From Polyangiaceae bacterium (GTDB lineage Bacteria > Myxococcota_A > Polyangia > Polyangiales > Polyangiaceae): DNA of 64,000 nt. The DNA is taken from NCBI GenBank assembly GCA_050287085.1, contig JBNKBE010000004.1:224288-288287 (forward strand). Reading direction: 5' to 3'. The notes under the pieces are model-generated. The model did not search any database, was not told the origin of the DNA, and saw nothing but the letters and a program-made list of their open reading frames with translations. A program made the translations under genes and the position numbers. Within the stretch, counting starts at the first letter, position 1; every line of letters starts with the position of its first letter. Below, one piece after another: positions 18,709 to 27,918 of this stretch.

Positions 18709-19359
18709 ATGCGTCCCATTCTCTTCCTTGATAGCTATGACTCGTTTTCGGCTAGCCTGGTCGATCTCTGCCACCAAGCCGGAGCTAGCGTGGAGATGGT
18801 CCCCAACGACAGCGCGATCTGGAACGACGACTGGTCGGCGGAGGCGCTGGCCGAGCGCTGGGCCGGGATCATCCTGGGCCCCGGGCCTGGACGTCCCGAG
18901 AGCGCGGGGGTGATGATGCCCCTGCTCAGGTGGAGCCACGGCAGGGTGCCGGTGTTGGGGATCTGCTTGGGACATCAGGCGATTGCCCTTCACCATGGCG
19001 CTTCGCTGCGCCACGTGGCCGAGGCGCGGCATGGCACCCGCGTGGCCGTATCACACCGAAGTCAGGGGCTCTTCGCGACCTTGCCGAGTCCTATTGGCGT
19101 CGGCGTCTACAATTCGCTCACGGTCGACGCGAGCACGCTCCCGGCGACGCTGGAGGTCCAGGCGCTGGCACCGGACGGTGAGGTGATGGCGCTCGCCGCC
19201 CCTGGCGAACTCGTGCTGGGCCTCCAGTTTCACCCGGAATCGGCGCTTTCCGAGTTTGGTCTCGAGCTGGTCCGGGCGTGGTTTGCTGCGGTTTGCGCGG
19301 AGGTAAGGCCCCCAAGAGAGGTCCGTGGGGCTTCCAAGGTCACGCGCCGCGGGGTATGA
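18709..19359 (+). CDS. trpG: Anthranilate synthase component II (glutamine amidotransferase)
   Basis: 'LDSYDSF', 'LGPGPGRP', 'LGICLGHQAI', 'GLQFHPES'. Upstream of trpD and trpC. Confidence 0.88.
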   Translation: MRPILFLDSYDSFSASLVDLCHQAGASVEMVPNDSAIWNDDWSAEALAERWAGIILGPGPGRPESAGVMMPLLRWSHGRVPVLGICLGHQAIALHHGASLRHVAEARHGTRVAVSHRSQGLFATLPSPIGVGVYNSLTVDASTLPATLEVQALAPDGEVMALAAPGELVLGLQFHPESALSEFGLELVRAWFAAVCAEVRPPREVRGASKVTRRGV

Positions 19360-19371
19360 GGACACGTTCTC

Positions 19372-20433
19372 ATGACCTCGCCTCCTCCCCTTTCCTTTCC
19401 GTCGGCGTTCGATCGGCTCACTCGAGGCACCCTCGGGCTCGAGCTGGCGCGGCAAGCATTTGATACGATTCTCACCGGCGGCTGGACGCCGGTGCAGATC
19501 GCTGCTTTCCTCGCCGCGCTGGCTATTCGGGGGGAAGACGCCGCCACGATTGCTGGAGCCGCCCAGTCGATGCGCGCTGCGATGCTACGGGTTCCTCATT
19601 CCCAAGCCGTCGTCTTGGACACCTGTGGTACGGGCGGCGACGGATCCGGGACTGTCAATCTTTCCACCGGCGCCGCGATCATCGCTGCAGCCTGTGGCGT
19701 AACGGTTGCAAAACACGGCAACCGAGCCGTTTCGAGCCGCGCCGGGAGCGCCGACGTACTCGAGGCGCTGGGCATTCGGACGCAGCTTCCGGCGAGTGCC
19801 GCGCCGCGTCTCTTGGATGAACTACACCTGGCTTTCCTTCTAGCTCCAACCTTTCATCCGGCGATGCGTTTTGCGGTGCCCGTGCGCAAGGAGCTGGGAG
19901 TTCGCACGTTGTTCAACGTGTTGGGTCCACTTTGCAACCCCGCGGGCGCCACCCATCAGCTGCTTGGGGCTTTCGACGATGCTTTGCGCCCCGTGCTGGC
20001 GAATACGCTCCAGGCGTTAGGCACTCAGCGAGCTTGGGTGGTGCGCGGTCGCGACGGTCTAGACGAACTTTCGCCTTATGGTCCGACGCTCGTCACCGAA
20101 CTCGCCGGTGGCGTCCTGACCGAGCTCGAGGTAGGTCCCGGCGACTTCGGATTGCCCGTGGCTGAGCCTGGTTCCGCCGCGGGCGGCGACGCTGCGGAGA
20201 ACGCCGGCATCATCGAAGCAGTCCTAAACGGCGAGGCGCATCCTGCTCGTAGCGCGTTCTTGCTCAACGCAGCGGGGGCTTTGGTTGTGGCGCAGGGGTT
20301 GCCGCCGCGGGAGGCCAGCGCGGCGGCAACGAAAGCCGTCGACTCGGGGGCGGCGGCGCTCAAGCTAGCAGCGTGGCGCGAGCACAGCACGCGGGCGTTT
20401 GAAGAGGCGAAGTCGGCGGGCGAGTCAGCATGA
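19372..20433 (+). CDS. trpD: Anthranilate phosphoribosyltransferase
   Basis: 'DTCGTGGDGSGTVNLST', 'AKHGNRAVSSRAGSADVLEALG', 'RTLFNVLGPLCNP', 'DGLDE'. Confidence 0.97.
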   Translation: MTSPPPLSFPSAFDRLTRGTLGLELARQAFDTILTGGWTPVQIAAFLAALAIRGEDAATIAGAAQSMRAAMLRVPHSQAVVLDTCGTGGDGSGTVNLSTGAAIIAAACGVTVAKHGNRAVSSRAGSADVLEALGIRTQLPASAAPRLLDELHLAFLLAPTFHPAMRFAVPVRKELGVRTLFNVLGPLCNPAGATHQLLGAFDDALRPVLANTLQALGTQRAWVVRGRDGLDELSPYGPTLVTELAGGVLTELEVGPGDFGLPVAEPGSAAGGDAAENAGIIEAVLNGEAHPARSAFLLNAAGALVVAQGLPPREASAAATKAVDSGAAALKLAAWREHSTRAFEEAKSAGESA

Positions 20434-21218
20434 CCGAACGCAGTCAGTTGGGTCGGATCCTGGCCGCCAAGCGCGCTGAACTGCCAGCGCTGCGCCGGAA
20501 GCGTTTTGGTTCCGAGTTTGTCCCCCGACCCTTCGAGCTGACGGGGCCCGGCGTCTCATTGTTGGCTGAGATCAAGTTTCGTTCTCCGTCTGCCGGAGCC
20601 CTTTCTACGGTTCTCAGCGCGGGTCAACGCGCACGCGCCTACGAAGAGGCGGGCGCCCGTATGGTCAGTGTCTTGTGCGACGAGCCGTTTTTTGCGGGCG
20701 GCTACGATAAGCTTCTCGACGCTCGCAGGAGCTGCGGGTTGCCCCTGTTGTGCAAGGAGTTCATCATCGACGAAAGCCAACTGGACGCTGCGCGTGGGAG
20801 TGGTGCCGACGCCGTCCTGCTGATCGTGCGGTGTTTGGACGACGAGCAGCTTGCCCATCTGTACCGGGCATCGGTAGCGCGGGGACTGGCACCGCTGGTT
20901 GAGGTTCATTCCCCGACGGAGCGACAGCGAGCGATCGACGTGGGAGCCACGCTGATCGGGGTCAACGCTCGTGATCTCGACACCCTCGTCATGGACGCGG
21001 TCGGTGCTGCGCAGGTCTTGGCCTCGCTGCCACCCGGTTGCACTCGCGTTCACTTGTCGGGGATACGCTCCCCCGGCGATGTCTCCGCCCTGCGAGGTCG
21101 GGCCGAGGCCGCGCTGATCGGGGAGACCCTGATGCGGCAAGACGATCCTAGGCCGCTGCTTCGCGAGCTGGTTGCCGCTGGGATCGCGCCCCTGCCCGCT
21201 GCCGCACCCAGCCGCTAG
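20430..21218 (+). CDS. trpC: Indole-3-glycerol phosphate synthase
   Basis: 'LAEIKFRSPSAG', 'PLLCKEFII', 'GADAVLLIV', 'LVEVH', 'IGVNARDL', 'LIGETLM'. Confidence 0.95.
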   Translation: MTERSQLGRILAAKRAELPALRRKRFGSEFVPRPFELTGPGVSLLAEIKFRSPSAGALSTVLSAGQRARAYEEAGARMVSVLCDEPFFAGGYDKLLDARRSCGLPLLCKEFIIDESQLDAARGSGADAVLLIVRCLDDEQLAHLYRASVARGLAPLVEVHSPTERQRAIDVGATLIGVNARDLDTLVMDAVGAAQVLASLPPGCTRVHLSGIRSPGDVSALRGRAEAALIGETLMRQDDPRPLLRELVAAGIAPLPAAAPSR

Positions 21219-21402
21219 TGCCCCGCACGGAAACGTCCGCCGCAGGGCGGGCTTCCGCGAAGAGTGGATACCGCCGCTGCGCCGGCAGGGCGCAGGTCCG
21301 AACTTGGCCCGACCTGGGCAGGGCCCCTATTCTTTTTTGCGCGTCAGGGATCGCTAGCTGTTTTCTCTAGCGCGCTGGGCCGGCCGGTTGCTGAGTATTC
21401 CC

Positions 21403-22272
21403 GTGCGAGTCAGCGAGTTCATCGACATCTACCTTTCGCACCTGCGTGTTGAGCGGGGGCTGGCAAGCAACACACTGCTTGCCTATGGGCGAGATCTCAA
21501 CCGGTTCGCAGCGTTTGCCCAAGACGCCGAGGTGGAGGCGATCGATCTGGAGCTGGTCGCCGACTTTCTGGCCGCGCTGCGGCGTGAAGGACTGGGCGCT
21601 CGGAGCGCCGCGCGATGCCTTTCTGCCCTGCGGGGGCTGATGCGTTTCTTGGTGCGCGAAGGGGCTACTGAGAATGACGCGACTCATTTGATCCAGCGTC
21701 CCAAGCTCGGTCGCCGCCTCCCAAAGCCGATCCCGCTTCGGGAGGTCCTGGCCTTGCTCGACGCGCCGGACAAGACATCACAACGAGGGCGGCGGGATCG
21801 GGCCTTGCTCAATCTCGCCTACGCGGCCGGACTGCGTGCCACGGAACTCGTGACTCTGCAAAAAGGCGAACTCGACCTCGAGCGGGGACTGGTCAGCGTG
21901 ACCGGAAAGGGCAACAAGAGGCGTCTTGTCCCCATTTCCAACAGCACCCGGCAGTGCCTACTAGAGCATCTGACAAGTCCCTCGAATACTGCTTCTCGCT
22001 ATCTATTCGCCGGGCCAAGCGGTCGCGCTCTGACCCGTCAGGCGCTGTGGAAGATCGTGCGGCGCTACGCGCTCAGGGCTGGGCTCCGAGGTCGCGTGCA
22101 CCCGCACCGGCTACGCCACTCGTTTGCGACCCATCTGCTAGCGGGGGGGGCTGATCTGCGCAGCGTTCAGCAGCTCTTGGGTCACTCAGACGTTTCAACG
22201 ACGGAAGTGTACACCCAGGTCTCGACAGATCTGGTACGAACCACCCATGAGCGCTCGCACCCCCGAGCTTGA
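21403..22272 (+). CDS. xerD: Site-specific tyrosine recombinase XerD
   Basis: 'LRVERGLASNTLLAYGRDL', 'GLRATEL', 'GKGNKRRLVP', 'HPHRLRHSFATHLL.GGADLRSVQQLLGHSDVSTTEVYT'. Confidence 0.9.
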   Translation: MRVSEFIDIYLSHLRVERGLASNTLLAYGRDLNRFAAFAQDAEVEAIDLELVADFLAALRREGLGARSAARCLSALRGLMRFLVREGATENDATHLIQRPKLGRRLPKPIPLREVLALLDAPDKTSQRGRRDRALLNLAYAAGLRATELVTLQKGELDLERGLVSVTGKGNKRRLVPISNSTRQCLLEHLTSPSNTASRYLFAGPSGRALTRQALWKIVRRYALRAGLRGRVHPHRLRHSFATHLLAGGADLRSVQQLLGHSDVSTTEVYTQVSTDLVRTTHERSHPRA

Positions 22273-22282
22273 AGGCAGCCCA

Positions 22283-23215
22283 GTGCGCCCTGATGCCCGG
22301 ACGCCTGGCCCGAGCGATAGAGGGGGTTCGTGGGGGCCTCCCTTTCCGTCGCCAGGCCCGGGTTTTTCGCTGCTGCGACCGACCACACACCCGCTGCCGA
22401 TCTTGGTTGAGGTGCCTCACGCAGGTTTGAGCGTCGACCCGCTGGCAATGGCGAGTCTGCACTGTCCGGTCAGCTCCCTCGGACGGGATGCAGATCTGTT
22501 CATGGACCTGGCCTGCGCGCCGCTAGTGCAGGCCGGAGCGCTTGTGCTGATCTCTCACGTCAGCCGCTACGTATGCGATCTGAATCGCGCACCCACTGCC
22601 TTCGAGCCCGCAGCGGCTCCAGGGGGCACGTTGTCCCACGCGCCCCACGGGCTCTTCTGGCTCCGCACCACCGAGGGGCATCCGGCTCTCAGGGCACCGC
22701 TTGATCCCGCGGAGGCAAAGCGACGGCTCGCCACCTATTACCACCCGTACCACGCGGCACTGGCTCACACCCTGGAGCAGCTGCGGGCTCAATTCGGCTT
22801 CGCTTTGCTCTTATGCGCCCACAGCATGCCTAGCCCTGGACGGGGCGGGCACCCCGGACAGGCCGCTCCGCTTGCCGATATTGTACCGGGCAGTCGTGGG
22901 GGGACGTCGGCTCATCCCTCTGTGATTGCGGTGGCCGAGCGGGCCGCGCAGCGCTGCGGGTTTTCCCTTCGACACGACGTTCCTTACGCTGGGGGCTACA
23001 GCACCGCGCACTACGGCTCTCCGACTACCGGCATCCACGCGCTGCAGCTCGAGGTGAATCGAGAGCGCTACATGAACGAAGCCACCTTGGAACTCGAGCC
23101 GCGGGGCTTTGGTCGCGTATGCGAGTACCTGCGCGAAGTGCTGCGGGACTGGAGCGCTCTCGATCCGATCCCCCTCCGCGGCACGAAAACCAGCATAACG
23201 ACCAAAATCGCTTGA
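22283..23215 (+). CDS. N-formylglutamate amidohydrolase family protein
   Basis: 'VEVPHAG', 'DADLFMD', 'SRYVCDLNR', 'YYHPYHAAL', 'AHSMPS', 'PYAGGY', 'HALQLEVNR..YMNE'. GTG 22283 preceded by GAAGG. Confidence 0.9.
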   Translation: MRPDARTPGPSDRGGSWGPPFPSPGPGFSLLRPTTHPLPILVEVPHAGLSVDPLAMASLHCPVSSLGRDADLFMDLACAPLVQAGALVLISHVSRYVCDLNRAPTAFEPAAAPGGTLSHAPHGLFWLRTTEGHPALRAPLDPAEAKRRLATYYHPYHAALAHTLEQLRAQFGFALLLCAHSMPSPGRGGHPGQAAPLADIVPGSRGGTSAHPSVIAVAERAAQRCGFSLRHDVPYAGGYSTAHYGSPTTGIHALQLEVNRERYMNEATLELEPRGFGRVCEYLREVLRDWSALDPIPLRGTKTSITTKIA

Positions 23216-23251
23216 GTCGCGTGACGACCTCCGTTACGTTTCGCGCCCCCA

Positions 23252-23479
23252 ATGGCACGTAGCGAAATTACAGGCAAGCGGCGCATGGCTGCGCACCATG
23301 TTTCCCACTCGAACATCAAGACCAACCGTTGGCAACACGTCAACGTTCAGCGTCGTCGTCTCTGGGTCCCGGAGCTCGACCGTTTCGTCTCGCTGAAACT
23401 GACCACCCGCGACATCCGAACGATCGACAAGCTCGGTCTGCTCGAGTTCGCGAAGCGTCACGGCGTCAAGCTCGCCTAG
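23252..23479 (+). CDS. rpmB: 50S ribosomal protein L28 (Cys-free form)
   Basis: 'ITGKRRM..HHVSHSNIKTNRWQHVNVQ...IRTIDK.G'. Confidence 0.95.
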   Translation: MARSEITGKRRMAAHHVSHSNIKTNRWQHVNVQRRRLWVPELDRFVSLKLTTRDIRTIDKLGLLEFAKRHGVKLA

Positions 23480-23636
23480 TCGCGCTGGCGCCCGATCGGG
23501 CTTTTGCACCCTTCGAGCGCGCCCGGCCAATGGCCAAGGGCGCGCTGTTGGTGCTTTGTCTCGTAGCCAATTGCCCGCCCGCCGTCGCGGCGCCCGCCTC
23601 TCACAGGGCTGCGGCTGTTTCCGTGTGAGGGACGGC

Positions 23637-24545
23637 TCACGGCTTCGGGAGCTTGAGTTCTAGGCTTGCGCCCGGCACGCTGAGGCGTAGGAGTCCGGGT
23701 GTGGAGCTGGGGGGGAGCAGACTGAGCTTCGCGGAGGCGGCAATGGCGGTCCCTGGTCGTACTCGGCTGACGCCCCGCACCACGGGTTCGGCCAGCAGTG
23801 GAGCGCGCAGCCCCAACTGAGGGATCTCGAGGCCCGTCGTCGCTAGGCCGAAGGCGATTTGACACACGGTGCCTCGGCGGTCGTAGATGCCCGCGGCAGC
23901 CCATGACAGTCCGGACGTGGCGGCCGAGACAGGAGACGGCGATGCGGTGGTGTCGGAAAAAGAACCCTCAAGCCACCCGCCCTCTCGTTCGGTCATGCTG
24001 TGGTCGAGGTCTGTCGCTCCGACCAGATCTTCAGAGCTGAGCTGTCCGTCGGCAAGGGGTCCAGCCGCCGCCAGCAAAGGACGGCGGATGGAATCCTGAC
24101 CTAGCGCGCGCGCTCCGTATTGCCCTATCGCTTCGAGGACGGTCGCTCGCTCCGGACTGCCGGCGCGGCGGGCGTGACGCGCTGCGGCGCCGAGCGCCTG
24201 GGAACGGGTGCTTCGCTCGTCGTAGGTCTGGGCCACGAGCAGGAGCGCAAGGCTTTGGGGCGCAGCGACGCGCGCTGCATCCGGAACAGCGTCATTCGGG
24301 AGCAGGCCACGCGGACGTTTGGCACCCAGCCCTGGTTGGCGGCAACGCCCATCGAGCGCACGCCGCGCGCCGAAACCTGCCAGCGTCATCACCACCGGAG
24401 AGAGCAATACACCCGGGTGCTGCCCCGCATAGCTCAAGTAGGCGTGGACTGCCGCTCCAAGAGCGCTTGCGCCCGTTCGCTCGGCCTCTTCAAGGGCTTC
24501 GTCCAACACCCCGTCTGTGGCCGTCCAGCGCAGGCGTTCACTCAT
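23637..24545 (-). CDS. Compact, degenerate gamma-glutamyltranspeptidase-like protein
   Basis: Segments align by eye to GGT: 'GASALGAAV', 'ALDGRCRQP', 'RVAAPQSL', 'RATVLEAIGQYG', 'GQLSSEDL', 'GIYDRRGTV'. Start overlaps the DUF72-like gene stop. Confidence 0.6.
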   Translation of the reverse strand: MSERLRWTATDGVLDEALEEAERTGASALGAAVHAYLSYAGQHPGVLLSPVVMTLAGFGARRALDGRCRQPGLGAKRPRGLLPNDAVPDAARVAAPQSLALLLVAQTYDERSTRSQALGAAARHARRAGSPERATVLEAIGQYGARALGQDSIRRPLLAAAGPLADGQLSSEDLVGATDLDHSMTEREGGWLEGSFSDTTASPSPVSAATSGLSWAAAGIYDRRGTVCQIAFGLATTGLEIPQLGLRAPLLAEPVVRGVSRVRPGTAIAASAKLSLLPPSSTPGLLRLSVPGASLELKLPKP

Positions 24546-25263
24546 CGTCGTCCTCGATTGAGGTTAGGGGGTCCTCTTCGCCGTCTGGGAGCGCTTGTTC
24601 ATCGTCTTCAAGTTCGCTCAACTCAGTGAGCGTTTCGCTCAGGGTCTTGAGCAGTGGGCGTGCACGCTCTCCCTCGGCGAGGACGAAAACCCGATCCGCA
24701 CCCAGCAAACGAGCTGCTACGTCTTCTACGGTGAATTCGTTCACCCGTGACAGCGCACCCAGTAGGCGCCATCGCAGAAACACATCACCCTCCGGAGGTG
24801 CCTCTCTGAGTACTCGTTCGGGGGTCGTGACGGAGGCAATGCCCAACGGTGACGTGATCGCTTCGATCTGGCTAGCTTCCCACAGCCCGCGTGGTTCCCA
24901 CACCACCTTTGCTTGCGTGTGCTCGCGCAGGTCGTGCACTACGCCGGTCAGCTCTCGCTGGGCGCGCGCGCTCGGTCGAAAGTCAGCGGCCGTGCGCAGC
25001 AACACCCAATCGGGCGCCACTGCCGCAATCGTCTTGAGCCCGTAGCGTAGCGCCGCTACCCTCGTGTCGGGTGCCAACAGCGCCTGGACCGGCAGACTCA
25101 CGCAGAAGTGCATCCCCTCCGGCGCTGCGGCCCGTAGCGCTTTGAGCTTGGCAATGCTTGGCAATCGCCCCGGCTCAGCCAGGTACTCCTTGAGTGTTAG
25201 GCCTGCGCCAGCGTAGCGCTGGAGATCGTGATACTGAGTGGATTGGCCCAGGAACAGCTGCAT
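24538..25263 (-). CDS. DUF72-like protein
   Basis: 'LKALRAAAPEGMHFCVSLP', 'VLLRTAADFRPS', 'VVWEPRGLW', acidic tail. Confidence 0.65.
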   Translation of the reverse strand: MQLFLGQSTQYHDLQRYAGAGLTLKEYLAEPGRLPSIAKLKALRAAAPEGMHFCVSLPVQALLAPDTRVAALRYGLKTIAAVAPDWVLLRTAADFRPSARAQRELTGVVHDLREHTQAKVVWEPRGLWEASQIEAITSPLGIASVTTPERVLREAPPEGDVFLRWRLLGALSRVNEFTVEDVAARLLGADRVFVLAEGERARPLLKTLSETLTELSELEDDEQALPDGEEDPLTSIEDDDE

Positions 25264-25282
25264 AGGTGTCTCTTCTGCGAAC

Positions 25283-25840
25283 TCAGCGCGCGGCGCCCAG
25301 TAGGCGATCGAAATAGATCGCCGCGGCGGCGCGGACGCTCAAATGATTGTACCCATCCGGGCGTGGAGAAAGGATGGGGGCCAGGCGGGCCTGCGCTCGC
25401 GCGGTAACCGTCGGCGCAAGTCCCCACCCTGTGCCAAACGCGATGAGAACTGGGGGCCCCGCGCTCATGAGCACCTCACGCGCGCGGGCGTGAGGCATGA
25501 CGCCGTCACCGCCGCGAGCGCTTGTCACCCAGAGCTCGGCGTCCGCGCCTAGGGCGGATAGCGCGTCTTCTAGCTCCGCTACGATCCTAAGAGCGCCGAG
25601 CGCGTCCCGACGATCCGGGATCCTGCGACCACCGCTACCCTCCACCCAATGGCTACGGATCCTTTCGGCCAGGACGCGCTGAGCCGCGACGGGGTGGACC
25701 ACGAACAGGTCTGTGAGGCCAAAGGTCACCGCCGAGCGCGCGATATCGTGGAGGTCGATATTGGTGATCGCCGCCGTCACCTCTGCCCCCTCGCGATTGA
25801 GCACGGGGTAATGCACAAGCGCCGCCGCAACCCTACGCAT
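25283..25840 (-). CDS. SPOUT-class RNA methyltransferase (trmD-associated family)
   Basis: 'ALVHYPVLNR.G', 'ITNIDLHDIARS', 'FGTGWGLA', 'YNHLSVRAAAAIYFDRL'. Confidence 0.92.
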   Translation of the reverse strand: MRRVAAALVHYPVLNREGAEVTAAITNIDLHDIARSAVTFGLTDLFVVHPVAAQRVLAERIRSHWVEGSGGRRIPDRRDALGALRIVAELEDALSALGADAELWVTSARGGDGVMPHARAREVLMSAGPPVLIAFGTGWGLAPTVTARAQARLAPILSPRPDGYNHLSVRAAAAIYFDRLLGAAR

Positions 25841-26588
25841 CGGATGGCTCCCGCAGCGTGCTCAGCTCAGGCCTTGGGCGCGCCACTAGCTCCGGACGTC
25901 GCTCCTGGGTCCGCTGTTCAGAACAGCGTCGACGATAGGCTGCGATTTCTCCGTGGTGTCCGCTTCGAAGCACATCTGGAACCGCTAGGCCCCGGAACTC
26001 GAGGGGGCGCGTGTATTGGGGGTACTCGAGCCTCGGCTGAGCACCATCGGAGAAGCTCTCATCCAGGGCGGACGCTTCGTTTCCTAGCACTCCCGGCAGC
26101 AGTCGCGCCACGCACTCAATCATCGCCATCGCCGGCACCTCGCCTCCAATGACCACGAAGTCGCCCAGGCTCGCTTCTTCGTCCACGAAGGTTCGCACGC
26201 GTTCATCGAAGCCCTCGTAGCGGCCACAGACGAAGATCAACGACGGAGCTTGCGACCAGCGCTCGGCGGTGCGTTGCGTGAATGGAGCGCCTTGCGGCGT
26301 CAACAGAATCCGGCGGATCGGGGCTGGCTCTGGGCCGGCGTCTGCTGTGGCCAGCATGCGGCTCGACAATGCCTCGAGGGCACTGACCACGCAATCCACC
26401 CTCAGCACCATGCCCGCGCCGCCCCCGTAAGGCGTGTCATCCACGGAGAGATGTCGCCCTAGTCCGTGGGGACGCAAGTCCTCACACAGGAGCTCAAGCT
26501 TTCCCTGCTCCACCGCGCGGCCAACCAATGAGACGCTACCAAAGGCGGAAAACAACTCGGGAAAGAGCGTGACGAGGCCGATCTTCAT
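25833..26588 (-). CDS. trmD: tRNA (guanine37-N1)-methyltransferase
   Basis: 'VDDTPYGGGAGMV', 'CGRYEGFDER', 'SLGDFVVIGGE', 'LEYPQYTRP'. Confidence 0.98.
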   Translation of the reverse strand: MKIGLVTLFPELFSAFGSVSLVGRAVEQGKLELLCEDLRPHGLGRHLSVDDTPYGGGAGMVLRVDCVVSALEALSSRMLATADAGPEPAPIRRILLTPQGAPFTQRTAERWSQAPSLIFVCGRYEGFDERVRTFVDEEASLGDFVVIGGEVPAMAMIECVARLLPGVLGNEASALDESFSDGAQPRLEYPQYTRPLEFRGLAVPDVLRSGHHGEIAAYRRRCSEQRTQERRPELVARPRPELSTLREPSDA

Positions 26589-27103
26589 TGGATCACGCCT
26601 TCGAGGCTTCGGAGGTATAAAATGCGCGCATCGGCATCAAAGCGCTCGACCCAATGATCGAGCAGGGGCTGCTCTAGGATCTCGTCCCCTTCACACCGAA
26701 TCAATACGGTGTCCATCGTTGGGTACGACGCGACGCGCTCTCCAACCCCTACCACTCTTCCGTCACATTGGATGGTCGCTCCGACCAGGTCGCTCAGATA
26801 GTACTCACCCGGCTCAAGCTCGTCCCGAGCCGTCCAGCACGTGGCGCCCACCCAGCGCTCAGCCTGCTCGCGCCCCACGATTCCATCGAGGTGACACAAT
26901 AGACCCTTAGGCGTCTCGCGCGAACTCACGATCCGAGTCGACAAGCGGTCTGCCGCCTTTGCCAACATGAGCTCTCGGTGGAGTTCCAACGCGTCCGATT
27001 CGGTCCAGTGTCGCCGAAGCAACACCTCGCCCTGCACGCCATGGGCGCGAGCCACATAACCTACCTCGATGAGCCCCGACAGCTTTCCATCTGCGGAGTT
27101 CAT
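26585..27103 (-). CDS. rimM: Ribosome maturation factor RimM
   Basis: 'VGYVARAHGVQGEV', 'EPGEYYLSDLVG'. Located between khpA and trmD. Confidence 0.93.
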   Translation of the reverse strand: MNSADGKLSGLIEVGYVARAHGVQGEVLLRRHWTESDALELHRELMLAKAADRLSTRIVSSRETPKGLLCHLDGIVGREQAERWVGATCWTARDELEPGEYYLSDLVGATIQCDGRVVGVGERVASYPTMDTVLIRCEGDEILEQPLLDHWVERFDADARILYLRSLEGVIQ

Positions 27104-27253
27104 CGCTGGCTCCCCACACTCGCGACCGCCGATAGCCCACCTGCCAACCCACCGTTGACGGTTGTCGTTCCAACCGTAGCTGCCGGCCGCGGGGGCTCTT
27201 GGCTGACCCCTCGTCGCCAGCTCGCAGCCGCGAAAGTCGCTGGAACCCTTGGG

Positions 27254-27502
27254 CTAGTCAACGATGTCAAGGTGCACGCGACGGCCACTCTTAGCGGACG
27301 CCGCCGCAAGCAGAGCGCGGATGCTTTGCGCCGTACGGCCATCTTTTCCGATCACCTTGCCGATATCGTCGGGCGCTACCCGCAACTCGATCAAAGGACT
27401 TCCGGAACGGTCTACGGTTTCTACCTCGACGCCGTCTGGATCGTCGACTAGAGCCCGTGCGACCGTCTCTACCAGCGCTTCGAAAGCAACAGGAGGAGCC
27501 AT
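27254..27502 (-). CDS. khpA: KH domain RNA-binding protein
   Basis: 'ALVDDPDGV', 'ELRVAPDDIGKVIGKDGRTAQSIRALL'. Confidence 0.93.
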   Translation of the reverse strand: MAPPVAFEALVETVARALVDDPDGVEVETVDRSGSPLIELRVAPDDIGKVIGKDGRTAQSIRALLAAASAKSGRRVHLDIVD

Positions 27503-27506
27503 AAGC

Positions 27507-27770
27507 TTACGAGGCTGTGTTGCCGGCAGCCGCAGCAGCGTTCTGCTTCAGAATCTTGTCCAGGGTCGCAGAGGGCTTGGCTCCCTGACCCTTCCAGTAC
27601 TCAAGGCGAGCGTGATCCAGCGCCACCTGCGGGGGCTCAACGGTCGGATTGACCGTGCCGAGATTCTCGATGAAGCGACCGTCGCGAGGGCTGCGTACGT
27701 CGGTCACGACAACGCGATAGAACGGTGACTTCTTGGAACCATGACGAGCGAGACGGATGTGTACGGACAT
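27507..27770 (-). CDS. rpsP: 30S ribosomal protein S16
   Basis: 'VHIRLARHGSKKSPFYRVVVTDVRSPRDGRFIENLG'. Confidence 0.98.
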   Translation of the reverse strand: MSVHIRLARHGSKKSPFYRVVVTDVRSPRDGRFIENLGTVNPTVEPPQVALDHARLEYWKGQGAKPSATLDKILKQNAAAAAGNTAS

Positions 27771-27918
27771 AAACCTGGTATCGGGCTGGAAGTTCAGGCC
27801 GCCGGAGGTCGCTTCCGTCTCAGAGGAGAGGGACAAGGCCTCGGGTTGCCGGTCAAAGGGTCCGGGAATCTACGCGGAGACTACCGGTTTCGTCAAGCTC
27901 CATGGTAGGTTCAACTTC

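Noticed and set aside
21403..22272. Tyrosine recombinase as the integrase of a mobile element
   Set aside because: The sequence is typical chromosomal XerD among housekeeping genes. No att repeats, tRNA target or cargo genes were seen.
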